Below, piece by piece: positions 50,987 to 61,897 of a stretch of DNA of 64,000 bases (position 1 is the first letter of the stretch; every line of letters starts with the position of its first letter). This stretch comes from an uncultured Actinomycetes bacterium (GTDB taxonomy: Bacteria; Actinomycetota; Thermoleophilia; RBG-16-64-13): the NCBI GenBank assembly GCA_963706025.1, contig CAVPLM010000003.1:320001-384000 (forward strand), given 5' to 3'. The notes below the pieces were generated by a model. The model was not told the origin of the DNA. It saw nothing but the letters and a program-made list of their open reading frames with translations, and did not search any database. A program made the position numbers and the translations under genes.

Positions 50987-52150
50987 GTGCGAATCACCAT
51001 TCCACGGTGGGTCCAGTTCGTGCTGATCCCCGTCGCGATCCTCGTTGCGCTCTACTTCCTCCGCCTGGCCAGCCACGCTGTGTTCGTGTTCCTGATCGCG
51101 ACGATCGTGACCTTGCTCCTCAATCCCTTGGTGCTCGGCATGCGTCGCCTCAAGTGCCCTCGTTGGCTGGCGGTCGTTGTGGTCTACGCGGCTTTCGTGG
51201 CCATCATCGTGCTACTTGTCATATTCCTCGGCCCCCCGCTCGTCCGGCAGTTCCAGCGCCTTTTTGAGGCCATCCCTCGATGGCTGGACGATCTTAACGG
51301 GTTGTTGGCCGATCTCCAAGCCTGGCTGGCGAAGAACGATGTAGAGGTCGACCTGCAGCTGAACACGGGCAGTATCGTCGACTGGCTGCAGACTAACGGA
51401 CCGGCGTCGGTCGGGACCCTTTTCTCCGTCGGTATGAGCGTCGTCGGGATCGTGGTCAATCTCATCCTGACGGTGATCGTCAGTTTCTACATGCTTATCG
51501 ACGGCAACCGTCTCTTCCGCTTCATAAGCAAACTCGCGCCCGGCGAATCGCACGTGAAGGACGAGTACACACGAGGCCTTCAGACAGCCTTCAGCCGGTT
51601 TGTCCGTGGACAAGCACTGCTGGGAGCTACGGTCGGGTTGGCCTCGGGTCTGGCCATATGGATCCTGAGCTGGGACGCAGTCGGTGTGTGGCCAGAAGGC
51701 GGTCAGTATGCGCTGCTTTTCGGCGTGTGGGCCGGGTTGACCGAGGTCATTCCTTATATCGGGCCCTTCCTGGGCGCCATTCCTCCGGTCATCGCCGCCT
51801 TCTTCCACTCCCCTATCGCGGCCCTCTGGGTCATCGTCATCTACCTGGTGATCCAGCAACTGGAGGGTCACATCCTGGCTCCCAACATCGTAGGCAGCTC
51901 GGTCGGGGTTCATCCGCTGGTGGTCATCTTCGCCTTGCTGGCGGGAGCGGAGATCGGGGGGATCCTGGGCATGCTCGCGTCGCTTCCGCTGTTGGCTCTG
52001 CTCAGGCATACGCTGACCTTCTACGATTTTCGCCTATCGCGGGCGCCTTGGGCGGGGGACGACGGGATCGCCCTTATCCCCGCTAGGTCCGGGGCGCCTC
52101 CACCCCGGCGGGTGAACCTCGAAGAGCCGGTGAAGCCACCCGAGGACTGA
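50987..52150 (+). CDS. AI-2E family transporter
   Basis: FVRGQ, IPYIGP, IQQLEGHILAP, VHPLVV. Confidence 0.9.
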   Translation: MRITIPRWVQFVLIPVAILVALYFLRLASHAVFVFLIATIVTLLLNPLVLGMRRLKCPRWLAVVVVYAAFVAIIVLLVIFLGPPLVRQFQRLFEAIPRWLDDLNGLLADLQAWLAKNDVEVDLQLNTGSIVDWLQTNGPASVGTLFSVGMSVVGIVVNLILTVIVSFYMLIDGNRLFRFISKLAPGESHVKDEYTRGLQTAFSRFVRGQALLGATVGLASGLAIWILSWDAVGVWPEGGQYALLFGVWAGLTEVIPYIGPFLGAIPPVIAAFFHSPIAALWVIVIYLVIQQLEGHILAPNIVGSSVGVHPLVVIFALLAGAEIGGILGMLASLPLLALLRHTLTFYDFRLSRAPWAGDDGIALIPARSGAPPPRRVNLEEPVKPPED

Positions 52151-52294
52151 GCCGGCCTGGTGCCGGATGGCCGCACCTGGATTGGGCACAGTTGGGAAGG
52201 GGGCCCGAGCCGGGGCGTTTGTGGAGGGTGGTCGATACTGTTACAATCGCGAATTGCCGGGACAATCAGCCCGGAATCCGGACGGTAGCAGGCG

Positions 52295-52909
52295 ATGGAG
52301 AACATTCGCGACTTCTTCGGCATAAGGATGCGCAAGGGCTTCACGCCGATGCTTTCGGCCCTGCAAAAGCTCCACGTCACTCCCAACCAGGTCACTATCG
52401 TCGGGACACTTCTCAATGTAGCGGCGGCCGTGCTCATAGCGATGGATCACCTGATCTACGCGGGCATCGTGTTTCTGCTTGCAGGCTGCTGCGACATGCT
52501 CGATGGGGCCCTGGCCCGCCGGGCCGAGCAGTCGACGAAGTGGGGGGCCTTCCTGGACTCGACACTTGATCGGGTGTCCGAAGGGGTCGTCCTGGCCGCC
52601 ATCGCCTACCTGCTGGCCTCTCAAGGGCACGCCCTTGACGCGGCCTTGGTCGTGCTGGCGCTTCTGGGGAGCATCTTGGTCAGCTACACCCGGGCCCGGG
52701 CCGAAAGCCTGGGAGTGGAGTGCAAGGTGGGGATCATGAGCAGGCCGGAGAGGATCATCCTTGTCGCCCTGGGGCTCTTCTTCAACGTGTTGTCGTACGC
52801 GATCTACATAATGCTGGCTCTGACCGCGTTCACCGTGATCCAGCGCGTCGTCTACACCTACCGACAACTGGGTAGGCAAACGGAACAGGGAGGGATTGTT
52901 GAGCGATAA
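52295..52909 (+). CDS. pgsA: CDP-alcohol phosphatidyltransferase (PI-phosphate synthase-like)
   Basis: [33 protein letters not shown]. Confidence 0.88.
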   Translation: MENIRDFFGIRMRKGFTPMLSALQKLHVTPNQVTIVGTLLNVAAAVLIAMDHLIYAGIVFLLAGCCDMLDGALARRAEQSTKWGAFLDSTLDRVSEGVVLAAIAYLLASQGHALDAALVVLALLGSILVSYTRARAESLGVECKVGIMSRPERIILVALGLFFNVLSYAIYIMLALTAFTVIQRVVYTYRQLGRQTEQGGIVER

Positions 52910-53984
52910 AGTGCGGGTCGCCATCATCGGGGTGGGCAACTGTGCATCGTCCTTCATTCAGGGAGTGCACTTCTATCGCAACGCCAAGGCCGACGAGTTC
53001 GTCCCCGGGCTCATGCACGTGAATCTTGGCGGGTATCACATCTCGGACATCGAGTTCACGTGCGCCTTCGACATCGACAAGACCAAAGTGGGCAAGGATC
53101 TCTCCCAGGCTATCTGGGGGGGTAGGAACTGCACAGTCAAGTTCTGTGACGTTCCCGATCTAGGGGTCAATGTATACCGGGGCATGACCCACGATGGGCT
53201 GGGCAAATACCTGTCGGAGGTCATCGAGAAGGCCCCCGGTCCCACCGACGACGTCATCGGCATCCTCAAGGACACCAAGACCGACGTGGTGGTGAGCTAT
53301 CTGCCCGTGGGCAGCGAGATGGCCACCAAGTGGTATGTGGAGCAGATCCTGGAGGCGGGCTGTGCCTTCGTGAACTGCATCCCGGTCTTCATCGCCCGGG
53401 AGAAATACTGGCAGGAGCGGTTCGAGGAGCGAGGTCTACCCGTCATCGGCGACGACATCAAATCCCAGGTGGGCGCCACCATCGTCCACCGGGTCCTCAC
53501 CCGGCTCATGCGCGAGCGGGGCGTGCGCCTGGAGCGCACCTCCCAACTGAACGTGGGCGGCAACACCGACTTTCTCAACATGCTCGAGCGTTCGCGTCTG
53601 GAAAGCAAGAAGATCTCCAAGACCAACTCTGTCACCTCGCAGCTCGACTACGACATGGGTAGCAGGAACATACACATCGGCCCGTCGGACTACGTGGAAT
53701 GGCTCGATGACCGTAAGTGGGCCTACATCCGCATGGAAGGCCGTACGTTCGGCGACGTGCCGCTCAATATCGAGTTGAAGCTGGAAGTGGTCGATTCGCC
53801 CAACTCCGCCGGTATCGTCATCGACGCCGTGCGCTGCGCGAAGCTGGCCCTCGATCGGGGCGTCTCAGGTGCTCTGTTCGAGCCGGCTTCGTATTTCATG
53901 AAATCGCCGCCCATCCAGTACAGTGACGAGGAAGCCAGGCGCAAGACCGAGGCGTTCATCGCCGGCGAAGCGGCCTGCGAGTGA
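52896..53984 (+). CDS. ino1: myo-inositol-1-phosphate synthase
   Basis: [49 protein letters not shown]. Confidence 0.95.
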   Translation: MLSDKVRVAIIGVGNCASSFIQGVHFYRNAKADEFVPGLMHVNLGGYHISDIEFTCAFDIDKTKVGKDLSQAIWGGRNCTVKFCDVPDLGVNVYRGMTHDGLGKYLSEVIEKAPGPTDDVIGILKDTKTDVVVSYLPVGSEMATKWYVEQILEAGCAFVNCIPVFIAREKYWQERFEERGLPVIGDDIKSQVGATIVHRVLTRLMRERGVRLERTSQLNVGGNTDFLNMLERSRLESKKISKTNSVTSQLDYDMGSRNIHIGPSDYVEWLDDRKWAYIRMEGRTFGDVPLNIELKLEVVDSPNSAGIVIDAVRCAKLALDRGVSGALFEPASYFMKSPPIQYSDEEARRKTEAFIAGEAACE

Positions 53985-54002
53985 TGTAGACCGGACTGCG
54001 GA

Positions 54003-54040
54003 TGGGGGGCCCGGGCGGTATTTCCCGCCCGGGCCCCCCA
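54003..54040 (+). terminator. GC hairpin between ino1 and glycosyltransferase (terminator or RNA-stabilising element)
   Basis: Perfect 16-bp stem TGGGGGGCCCGGGCGG/CCGCCCGGGCCCCCCA, no U-tract. Confidence 0.5.
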
Positions 54041-54058
54041 CCATCTCGAGGGCCGCGC

Positions 54059-56065
54059 GTGAAGCCAGACCTCCACATAGCACTGGTGACCCCCTTCTCC
54101 TGGAGTACGTCCAGCGCCGTCAACCAGCATGTCGGCGACTTGGCGCGGGAGCTCAAAGCGCGAGGACACCTACCCGTGGTGGTGACCTCGTCCGACGAGC
54201 CCCAGGAAGTGAAGCGGATGCGGCTGCTTTTCCAGCGCACGCGGGGGCAGGTGGTCACCCTACTGAGCGACTACCATCGAGGGGCGCCCGCCGACCCCTT
54301 GTTGCTTCCGCCTTCGGGTCTCGGTCCTCTGGGACCGGACGCGGGCATCCCGGTGGTGCCTCTGGGCTCGAGCTTTCCCGTGCGGCTCAACGGGGGGGTG
54401 GCCAATCTCGGTCTGCCCGTGGATGTGACGTCGCGGCTGGAGAAGCTCATGTTGGGCGCGGACTTCGATCTGGTGCACGTGCACGAGCCCCTCGCTCCCT
54501 CGCTCAGTTTCAGTGCCCTGCGAGAGACGCGGAGCCCGGTCGTGGGAACCTTTCATCTCACTCCAGTCGGCGTGGCCGCCTACGAGTTGGGGCAGTCCGT
54601 ACTGGAGCGCTTCTTCCTCAGGCTTGATGCTCGTATCGTCACCTTTGCGCACGGCAAGCAGATGATGGAGGAGATCTACTCCGGCGACTTCGAAACCCTG
54701 AGTTGCGGTACCGGAATGGTCCGCTGCTCCGAGGTGCGGCGGGCCCCGGGACCGTCTTCCGACCGTTTTGGTCTGTATGTCTACAGGGGAGACGGGCGCC
54801 GCTCGTACCGGGCGCTGCTCCGCACCCTCCTCGCCGGGTTCCCTCCGGGACTCGATCGCCTGGTGGTGGCTTTGCACCAGCCGTCGGTGGACCGCTGGCT
54901 CCCGCGGGCGGTTCCTCGCAAGCTCGGATCACGGCTGGCTCTATTCGGCTTCCACGACCCCGATGAATTGGCCGCTTTGTACCAGGCTGCCTCCGTTACC
55001 ATCCTGCCTTATCTTGGGGGAGAATGGCTTTGTGCGACCGCCGCGGAGGCGGCCGTCTGCGGGTGCCCGGTGGTGGGGCCTGACCTCCCACCCGTCCGTG
55101 AGCACGTGTCTGCGGACCCGGGCCGGGGAGCGGTCTTCTCCCCCAACCAGTCAGGCTCTCTGAACGCGGCCATCGGGGAGGCTGTGCTCGGATCTCGCCT
55201 GCCCTCCGACGCCCATACGATGGGTGCGGTCGCCGGTCGGCTGGAAGAGATCTATCAGGCCACCCTCGCCGCCACCAGCGGGCGGGCAGGCCTCTCGGGC
55301 AAGACTCCCGTGGCAAGCTACTCCCTGCACGTGCGCGGCATCGGCGAGGAGTCCGCCCGAAGGCGCATGCGGCACGCTGCTCTGGGCCCGTCCCGGCCCG
55401 ATTGGATAAACGCCGATCTCCACGTTCACACCAACTACTCCAAAGACTGCGTGATGCCCATAGAGTCCATTCTGGAGACCGCCCGGGAGATCGGCCTTGG
55501 CGCTTTGGCCATAGCCGACCACAACGAGATAGAGGGAGCGTTTCTGGCCCGGGAGCTTGCCCAAGGCGACCCCTTCATCATCGTTGCCGAGGAGGTCAAG
55601 ACAACCGAGGGAGAGGTGATCGGGCTCTTCCTCACGGAGGCGGTTCCCCGAGGGCTGAGCTTCGACGACACCTTGTCTTTGATCAAGGAACAGGGGGGCC
55701 TCGTGTATGTGCCCCACCCCTTCGACGCTCTCCGCACCACCCCCTCCTACCGCTCGATGGTGGACAATCTCCATCGTATCGATGTCATCGAGACCTACAA
55801 CGCAAGGGTGGCCCTCTCCTCGTTCAACCTCAGCGCCGAACGCTTCGCCGCCAAATACAACGTCGTCGCCGGAGCAGGAAGCGACGCACACGTGCTTCAG
55901 GGACTGGGCACGGCGATGCTACGCATGCCCCGGTTCACCGACTCCCAGAGTTTCATGGCGGCGTTGTGGGAGGCGGACATCATCGCCAAACGCAAGAACC
56001 TGCTCTATCTGACCTCGCTGAAGCTTCTGCAGACCACCATGGACCGGGTGTTTCCGGAAGACTAG
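54059..56065 (+). CDS. GT4 PimA-like glycosyltransferase fused to PHP phosphoesterase domain
   Basis: DLVHVHEPLAPSLS, VVGTFH, Ex7E; then DLHVHTNYSKD, ADHN, PHP, GSDAH. Confidence 0.82.
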   Translation: MKPDLHIALVTPFSWSTSSAVNQHVGDLARELKARGHLPVVVTSSDEPQEVKRMRLLFQRTRGQVVTLLSDYHRGAPADPLLLPPSGLGPLGPDAGIPVVPLGSSFPVRLNGGVANLGLPVDVTSRLEKLMLGADFDLVHVHEPLAPSLSFSALRETRSPVVGTFHLTPVGVAAYELGQSVLERFFLRLDARIVTFAHGKQMMEEIYSGDFETLSCGTGMVRCSEVRRAPGPSSDRFGLYVYRGDGRRSYRALLRTLLAGFPPGLDRLVVALHQPSVDRWLPRAVPRKLGSRLALFGFHDPDELAALYQAASVTILPYLGGEWLCATAAEAAVCGCPVVGPDLPPVREHVSADPGRGAVFSPNQSGSLNAAIGEAVLGSRLPSDAHTMGAVAGRLEEIYQATLAATSGRAGLSGKTPVASYSLHVRGIGEESARRRMRHAALGPSRPDWINADLHVHTNYSKDCVMPIESILETAREIGLGALAIADHNEIEGAFLARELAQGDPFIIVAEEVKTTEGEVIGLFLTEAVPRGLSFDDTLSLIKEQGGLVYVPHPFDALRTTPSYRSMVDNLHRIDVIETYNARVALSSFNLSAERFAAKYNVVAGAGSDAHVLQGLGTAMLRMPRFTDSQSFMAALWEADIIAKRKNLLYLTSLKLLQTTMDRVFPED

Positions 56066-56215
56066 CTCTTTTCGCTCTCGGGCCGGAGGATTTCACCGGC
56101 CACCCGCCAATATAGTGTCTACCCTCACCGACCGGGCGGCGCCTTCGTCCGCTCTCATCGTGGTCGGTCGGGGCAGCGGCGCACCACAAGACTTGAGAGC
56201 GATCTAGGCGACAAC

Positions 56216-56837
56216 GTGAAAGAATCTCCGCCTCTCGCGGAAGCGAACGAGATCTACCGAAAGCTCGAAGAGCGGGCCATCACCGAGAGCAACGATCTCA
56301 ACCGGCGCGTGGTTCACTGCCGACTATGCCGGCGGAGTGACTTCCTGCCCACGGTGGGGTCCGGGCATCCGCTTGGCCGACATACTCCTGATCAAATACC
56401 GGCCCCGCCATCTCGAAGTGACCGAAGGAGTAGCCTTCTTCGGTCGTTCGGGCGCCGCGGTCCTCAAGAGCATGGAGCGCCTGGGCGTGAACCCCCTGAT
56501 CGTGTACGGCACCAACCTCCTCAAGTGCCACGACGTGAACTCCGCCGAAGGGGAGCAAAACTGTCCCGTCTATTGGTTGGAGGAGTTCCACATCACCCAA
56601 CCTCGGATCGTGGTGCTCATGGGCCGGCAGACTCTCGAGGTGGTGAACCGCGACCGGGTCGCGGGCATGAAGGAACTGGCCTGGGACCTGGGGGCCTTGC
56701 AGGACTTCACAGCGTTCTGCAAAGCGCTGGTCACACCCGACATCGACGACGCCCTGGACGAGGAAAAGGCGAAGGCCGAATTCTGGAAGGCGTTTCGGAA
56801 CCTGGGCGAGTGGTTCCGTGACGAGCCTCCCTACTAG
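56216..56837 (+). CDS. Uracil-DNA glycosylase family 4-like protein (frameshift near 56370)
   Basis: CRLC, EGVAFFGRSG, TNLLKC, PRIVVLMG. Confidence 0.72.
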
Positions 56838-56945
56838 AATTCGTCACCGGAACGTCTCACCAGGCGCCTCACGCATAGGCTCGCCGGTCACCGGGTAGAC
56901 TAGTTCTGAAGGCTCCACCCGTGAGTCGATCCTTGGAGGGCATAC

Positions 56946-57461
56946 ATGGCTGAGAACAGGCACCTTGTCGTGACGGTCTTCGAAACCGAAGCCGCGGCCT
57001 TGGCAGCTGCTGAGTATTTGAAGAAGTGGGAGAGCATGAACAAGGACGTCGATGACCTCAAGTTCGATGCGATAGGCGTCCTCACGGCCGGCGAAGACAG
57101 GGAGATCAAGATCCACCGCGTAGGCAAGCGTGACGCCAAAGCCGGGGCAGGATTGGGCCTTGTCATCGGAGGGTTGGTCGGCGCCCTGACCCTCGGCATC
57201 GGGCTGCTCGGCGGAATGGCCGCCGGCGCCCTGGTGGGCGGAGTCGGGGGCGGCCTGATCCACAAGGGTCTTGGCATGTACGAGGGGGATCTGGCCGAGT
57301 TGACCGATCAACTCTGCTCGGGCAGGGCTGCCGTTGCCATAGTTGTCCAAGAAGCGGACGTGACGGCCGTGACGGAACAGCTGGTCAGCCTGGGGGGCGA
57401 GACAAAAGTCTACGAGTGCTCCTTGGAGGAACTCGAAGAGGCTGAAAAGAGCCAGTCCTAG
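56946..57461 (+). CDS. DUF1269-like membrane protein
   Basis: RBS GGAGG; Gly-zipper GAGLGLVIGGLVG..GALVGG. Confidence 0.6.
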   Translation: MAENRHLVVTVFETEAAALAAAEYLKKWESMNKDVDDLKFDAIGVLTAGEDREIKIHRVGKRDAKAGAGLGLVIGGLVGALTLGIGLLGGMAAGALVGGVGGGLIHKGLGMYEGDLAELTDQLCSGRAAVAIVVQEADVTAVTEQLVSLGGETKVYECSLEELEEAEKSQS

Positions 57462-58975
57462 CCGTAGTCCGCAGTGGCCTTGGATACAGCGGTCGCAGGA
57501 CTCTGGCGCACCAGCAGGCCCACGGCCTCCACGTGCGGCGTGTGCGGGAACATGTCCACGGGAGTGACCCTTTCCAGCCGGTATCCGTATTCCTGAAACT
57601 GGGCGATGTTGGGCGCCATCGTGCTGGGATTGCACGAGACGTAGACGATCCGGGGCGCCCCCACCTCGCCGAGGCGGTAGACGACTCGATTGCTCAGTCC
57701 GGCGCGAGGCGGGTCAACCACTACGACATCCGGTCTCTCCAATCCTGGGGGCAGTCTGCGACTGCCCTGAGCCACCTCCCGGAGCACTCGGCGCACGTCG
57801 CCCTCCACGAACGCTACGTTCTCGATACCGTTGAGGCGGGCATTCTCACGGGCGTCTCCGACCGCGGTAGGCACAGCCTCGATGCCCAGAACGGCTCTGG
57901 CTCTTCCCGCCAACGAAAGCCCGATCGACCCCACGCCGCAGTAGAGGTCCCAGATAACCGGGGCGTCGAGCGCGGAGACGCCGGCTGAGGGGGCACCTAC
58001 CGCAGGGGCAACGGCCACCACGGTGCCCGCGGCGGAGGCGCCCGTCGCGCCGCCGCCGACCGGCGCGTGGACTTCCCGCGCGACCAGACCGTACAAGGCG
58101 TGAGCCATCAGCGTGTTGGTCTGGAAGAAGGCATCGACAGACACCTTGAGAGTGATGCCCACCACCCGCTCCACAAGAAACGGTCTTCCCCACAGGGTCT
58201 CGAATCCCAGGCCCGTGCTGATCTCCGCTCGACCCTGGTTGACCGCGTGGACGATCCCCACCACCTGGGGGTGGGCGGCACGCAAGCGCTCCACCAATCC
58301 GTGGGCGTCGGGTAGGAAAGGCGATCCGGTCACCAGGCTGACCAGGACTTCTTTTTCCATCTGCGCGGAGCGCACCAGCAGATGCCTGGCCAAGCCCGAG
58401 CCGGTCCGTGGATCCCATCCTGGGACGCCATTCTCCCGCAGCCAGAACTCCACGGTTGCCCGCACGGATTCCACGACGTGGCCAAGGAGGTGGCACTCCG
58501 ATAGGGGCAGGACCGAGTCCCAGCGACCCGGCGGGCGAAACCCTACGATGGCACCGGACTCGCTCATCCCGACGGCGAAGTCCGCCCGGTTCCGATACCG
58601 CCAAGGCTCGGCCATGCTGAGGGCGGGAAGGACCTGGAAATCTTCCAGACCGCCCAGATGCTCCAGCGATTCCCGCACCTGTCGGGCCTTGTACTCGAGT
58701 TGGACCCCGTAGTCCAGATTCTGCCAGGCGCAGCCGCCGCACGCTCCAAAGGAGGGACAGCGCGCCTCGACTCGGTCTGGAGAGGGCTCTATCAGTTCCA
58801 GCACGCGGGCCTCGGCGTAGCGCCTCTTGGTCTTGGTGACTAAGGCTCGGGCGACGTCGCCCGGCACAGCGCCGGTCACGAAGACGACGAAGTCCTCGAC
58901 CCTGGCCACCCCCCTGCCGCCGAAGGCCAGAGCGTCGACGGACAGGTCGAGTGTGTCTCCCTTACGCGGTTTCAC
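57458..58975 (-). CDS. rlmD: 23S rRNA (uracil-C5)-methyltransferase
   Basis: TRAM domain, CPSFGACGGC, AFFQTN, DLYCGVG, DPPRAG, YVSCNP, DMFPHTPHVE. Confidence 0.93.
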   Translation of the reverse strand: MKPRKGDTLDLSVDALAFGGRGVARVEDFVVFVTGAVPGDVARALVTKTKRRYAEARVLELIEPSPDRVEARCPSFGACGGCAWQNLDYGVQLEYKARQVRESLEHLGGLEDFQVLPALSMAEPWRYRNRADFAVGMSESGAIVGFRPPGRWDSVLPLSECHLLGHVVESVRATVEFWLRENGVPGWDPRTGSGLARHLLVRSAQMEKEVLVSLVTGSPFLPDAHGLVERLRAAHPQVVGIVHAVNQGRAEISTGLGFETLWGRPFLVERVVGITLKVSVDAFFQTNTLMAHALYGLVAREVHAPVGGGATGASAAGTVVAVAPAVGAPSAGVSALDAPVIWDLYCGVGSIGLSLAGRARAVLGIEAVPTAVGDARENARLNGIENVAFVEGDVRRVLREVAQGSRRLPPGLERPDVVVVDPPRAGLSNRVVYRLGEVGAPRIVYVSCNPSTMAPNIAQFQEYGYRLERVTPVDMFPHTPHVEAVGLLVRQSPATAVSKATADYG

Positions 58976-59092
58976 AATGGCTCAATGCTATCAGCACCTG
59001 CGTTCGGGCAGCGCGCGCCGGCGGACTGCCGCCGCAGACGGCCTGTCCGAGTGGGGGTCGCGGCCGGGGCCGGCTTCCCCTGGACGCAGAGG

Positions 59093-61705
59093 CTATGCGG
59101 GCGCCGGCGCTGTCTCAGCGCCGGCGCCTGTCACCTTCTCGAACACCAGTTCCAGATTGCGCTCGTCCACCCGGACCGTGTCGCCGTCGCGGAAGTCGCC
59201 CTTGAGGAGAGCCAACGCTACCTGATCCTGGATCTCCTTCTGAATGAGCCGCTTGAGCGGCCGCGCCCCATAAGCGGGGTCGTACCCTTGCTGCGCCAGA
59301 TAGGCCTTGGCGGCGTCGGTGATGTCCAAGCTTATGTCGCGCTCGGCCAGGCGCTTGCGCAGCAGGCCCAGCTGGATCTCGACTATCCCCTTGATGTCCT
59401 CCAACGACAGACGATGGAAGATGATGACCTCGTCCACCCGGTTGAGAAACTCCGGCTTGAAGGTGGCCTGCATGAGCTCGGTGACCCGCACGTCCATGTC
59501 TATCTCGGTGATGTCGGGGTCGAGGATGAACTGGCTGCCGATGTTGGAGGTCATGATTACCACCGTGTTCTTGAAGTCCACGGTGCGTCCGTGACCGTCG
59601 GTCAGCCGGCCTTCGTCGAGGATCTGGAGCAGCAGGTTGAAGACGTCGGGATGAGCCTTCTCGATCTCGTCGAGGAGGAGGACCGAGTAGGGGCGGCGCC
59701 GCACGGCCTCGGTGAGGTAGCCGCCTTCCTCGTAGCCTACGTAGCCGGGCGGCGCCCCGATCAGCCGGGCCACCGAGTGCCGCTCCTGGAACTCGCTCAT
59801 GTCCACGCGGACCATGGCCTTCTCGTCGTCGAACAGGAACTCGGCCAGGGCCCGGCCCAGTTCGGTCTTGCCCACGCCGGTAGGTCCCAGGAAGATGAAG
59901 CTGCCGATCGGCCGGTTCGGGTCCTGTAGGCCGGCGCGGGCCCGACGGATGGCGCTGGCCACCGCCTGCAGGGCGTCGTCCTGACCTATCACCCGCAGAT
60001 GCAGTCGCTCCTCCATTTGGATGAGCTTCTCTACCTCGCCCTCGAGCAGCCGCGACACGGGGATGCCGGTCCACTTGGCCACCACCTCGGCGATGTCCTC
60101 CTCTTCCACCTCTTCTTTGAGCATCTTGACGTCACGCTGCAGCTCGTTCAGCCGCGCATTTTCCGCCACCAATTGCCGCTCGGCTTCAGGGATGCTTCCG
60201 TAGCGTAGCTCCGCCGCCTTCTGTAGGTCGCCGACCCGTTCGGCCTTCTCGGTCTCGGTCTTGGCTTCCTCTATTTGCTCTTTGAGGACCTGGATCTTAC
60301 CGATGGCCTCCTTCTCGGCCTGCCAGTGGGCCTTCATGCCGGCCGACTGTTCGCGCTGCTCGGCCAGTTCGGCCTCGATGGCCTTGCGCCGCTCCTTGGA
60401 GGCGGGGTCCTTCTCTTTGCTGAGGGCGTGCAACTCGATATCGAGCTGCTTTATCCGTCTCTCCACCTGGTCGATCTCCATGGGCATGGAATCGATCTCG
60501 ATGCGCAGGCGGCTCGCGGCTTCGTCCACCAGGTCGATGGCCTTGTCGGGCAGGAACCGGTCGGAGATGTACCTATGGGAAAGCACGGCTGCCGACACCA
60601 GGGCGGAGTCCTGGATCCGGACACCGTGGTGGACTTCGTACCGTTCCTTGAGCCCCCGCAGGATGGCGATGGTGTCCTCCACCGTCGGTTCTCCGACCAA
60701 GACCGGCTGGAAACGCCGTTCGAGAGCGGCATCCTTCTCCACGTGTTTGCGGTATTCGTCCAGGGTGGTAGCGCCCACCACCCGGAGCTCGCCTCGAGCC
60801 AACATGGGTTTGAGCATGCTGGAGGCGTCCACCGCCCCTTCGGCTGCGCCGGCACCCACGATGGTGTGCATCTCGTCGATGAAGGTGATGATCTCGCCTT
60901 CGGAACCGGCGATCTCCTTGAGCACCGCCTTCATGCGCTCCTCGAACTCCCCCCGGTACTTGGCGCCGGCCACCATCGCCCCGATGTCGAGAGCGATCAC
61001 GCGCTTGTTCTTGAGCCCCTCGGGCACGTCGCCCGACACGATCCGCTGCGCCAGTCCCTCCACGATGGCCGTCTTGCCCACCCCGGGCTCTCCGATGAGG
61101 ACGGGGTTGTTCTTGGTCCGGCGGCTGAGGACTTGGATGACCCGCCGGATCTCGTCGTCCCTGCCGATCACCGGGTCGAGCTTGCCGCGGCGAGCCAGAT
61201 CGGTCAAGTCGCGGCCGAAACGCTGCAGCGCTTGGTACTTCTCCTCAGCATCGGGGTCCTCGGCCCGCTGGGAGCCGCGGATGCCCTTGAGGACCTGGAA
61301 GATGCCGTCCCGGGTGACGCCATAGCGTTTCAAGAGGTCACCGAGCCAGGCCTGGTTGGCCGCTAGACCCATGAGCACGTGCTCGGTCGAGACGTAGGCG
61401 TCGCCCATCTTGTTCGCTTCAGACTGGGCCGCCTCGAGGGCCGCCTGCGTCTCCCGGGCAAGCCCGATCTGCGTGGCGCCGTGTGCCGTGGAGAAGTAGT
61501 CCAGCCGCTTTTCCAGCTCCGCCCGTACCGCCGCATGGCTGACGCCGACGCGCTCCAGAATAGGCACGGTCAATCCGCCCTCCTGATCGAAAAGGGCGAC
61601 CGCCAGATGCTCCGGCTCGATCTGGGCGTGCCCGCGTTCTTGCGCCAGCTTATGGGTGGCCGCCAGAGCTTCCTGGGCTTTGAGTGTGAACCTGTCCAAC
61701 TGCAT
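59093..61705 (-). CDS. clpB: ATP-dependent chaperone ClpB
   Basis: GEPGVGKT, M-domain [35 protein letters not shown]. Confidence 0.97.
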   Translation of the reverse strand: MQLDRFTLKAQEALAATHKLAQERGHAQIEPEHLAVALFDQEGGLTVPILERVGVSHAAVRAELEKRLDYFSTAHGATQIGLARETQAALEAAQSEANKMGDAYVSTEHVLMGLAANQAWLGDLLKRYGVTRDGIFQVLKGIRGSQRAEDPDAEEKYQALQRFGRDLTDLARRGKLDPVIGRDDEIRRVIQVLSRRTKNNPVLIGEPGVGKTAIVEGLAQRIVSGDVPEGLKNKRVIALDIGAMVAGAKYRGEFEERMKAVLKEIAGSEGEIITFIDEMHTIVGAGAAEGAVDASSMLKPMLARGELRVVGATTLDEYRKHVEKDAALERRFQPVLVGEPTVEDTIAILRGLKERYEVHHGVRIQDSALVSAAVLSHRYISDRFLPDKAIDLVDEAASRLRIEIDSMPMEIDQVERRIKQLDIELHALSKEKDPASKERRKAIEAELAEQREQSAGMKAHWQAEKEAIGKIQVLKEQIEEAKTETEKAERVGDLQKAAELRYGSIPEAERQLVAENARLNELQRDVKMLKEEVEEEDIAEVVAKWTGIPVSRLLEGEVEKLIQMEERLHLRVIGQDDALQAVASAIRRARAGLQDPNRPIGSFIFLGPTGVGKTELGRALAEFLFDDEKAMVRVDMSEFQERHSVARLIGAPPGYVGYEEGGYLTEAVRRRPYSVLLLDEIEKAHPDVFNLLLQILDEGRLTDGHGRTVDFKNTVVIMTSNIGSQFILDPDITEIDMDVRVTELMQATFKPEFLNRVDEVIIFHRLSLEDIKGIVEIQLGLLRKRLAERDISLDITDAAKAYLAQQGYDPAYGARPLKRLIQKEIQDQVALALLKGDFRDGDTVRVDERNLELVFEKVTGAGAETAPAPA

Positions 61706-61897
61706 GTGTATCAGCGCTCCTCGTTTCCCTGCTGACGGTCCGGTCGGTAAACAAGAAATACTATATTAAGAAGCACAAGAGAACGCTGTCGGAGACAGGC
61801 GAGTCCGGGAGGCTCCGGGCTCCGGGAGGAGTCGCAAGGAGTCATGGGACTTGTCCTGGAGGACGCGCAAAAAGGGCAGCCGGCCTGCCTGCGCGAG

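Noticed and set aside
61706-61897. HAIR/CIRCE heat-shock operator upstream of clpB
   Set aside because: Region is AT-rich but neither consensus inverted repeat is present
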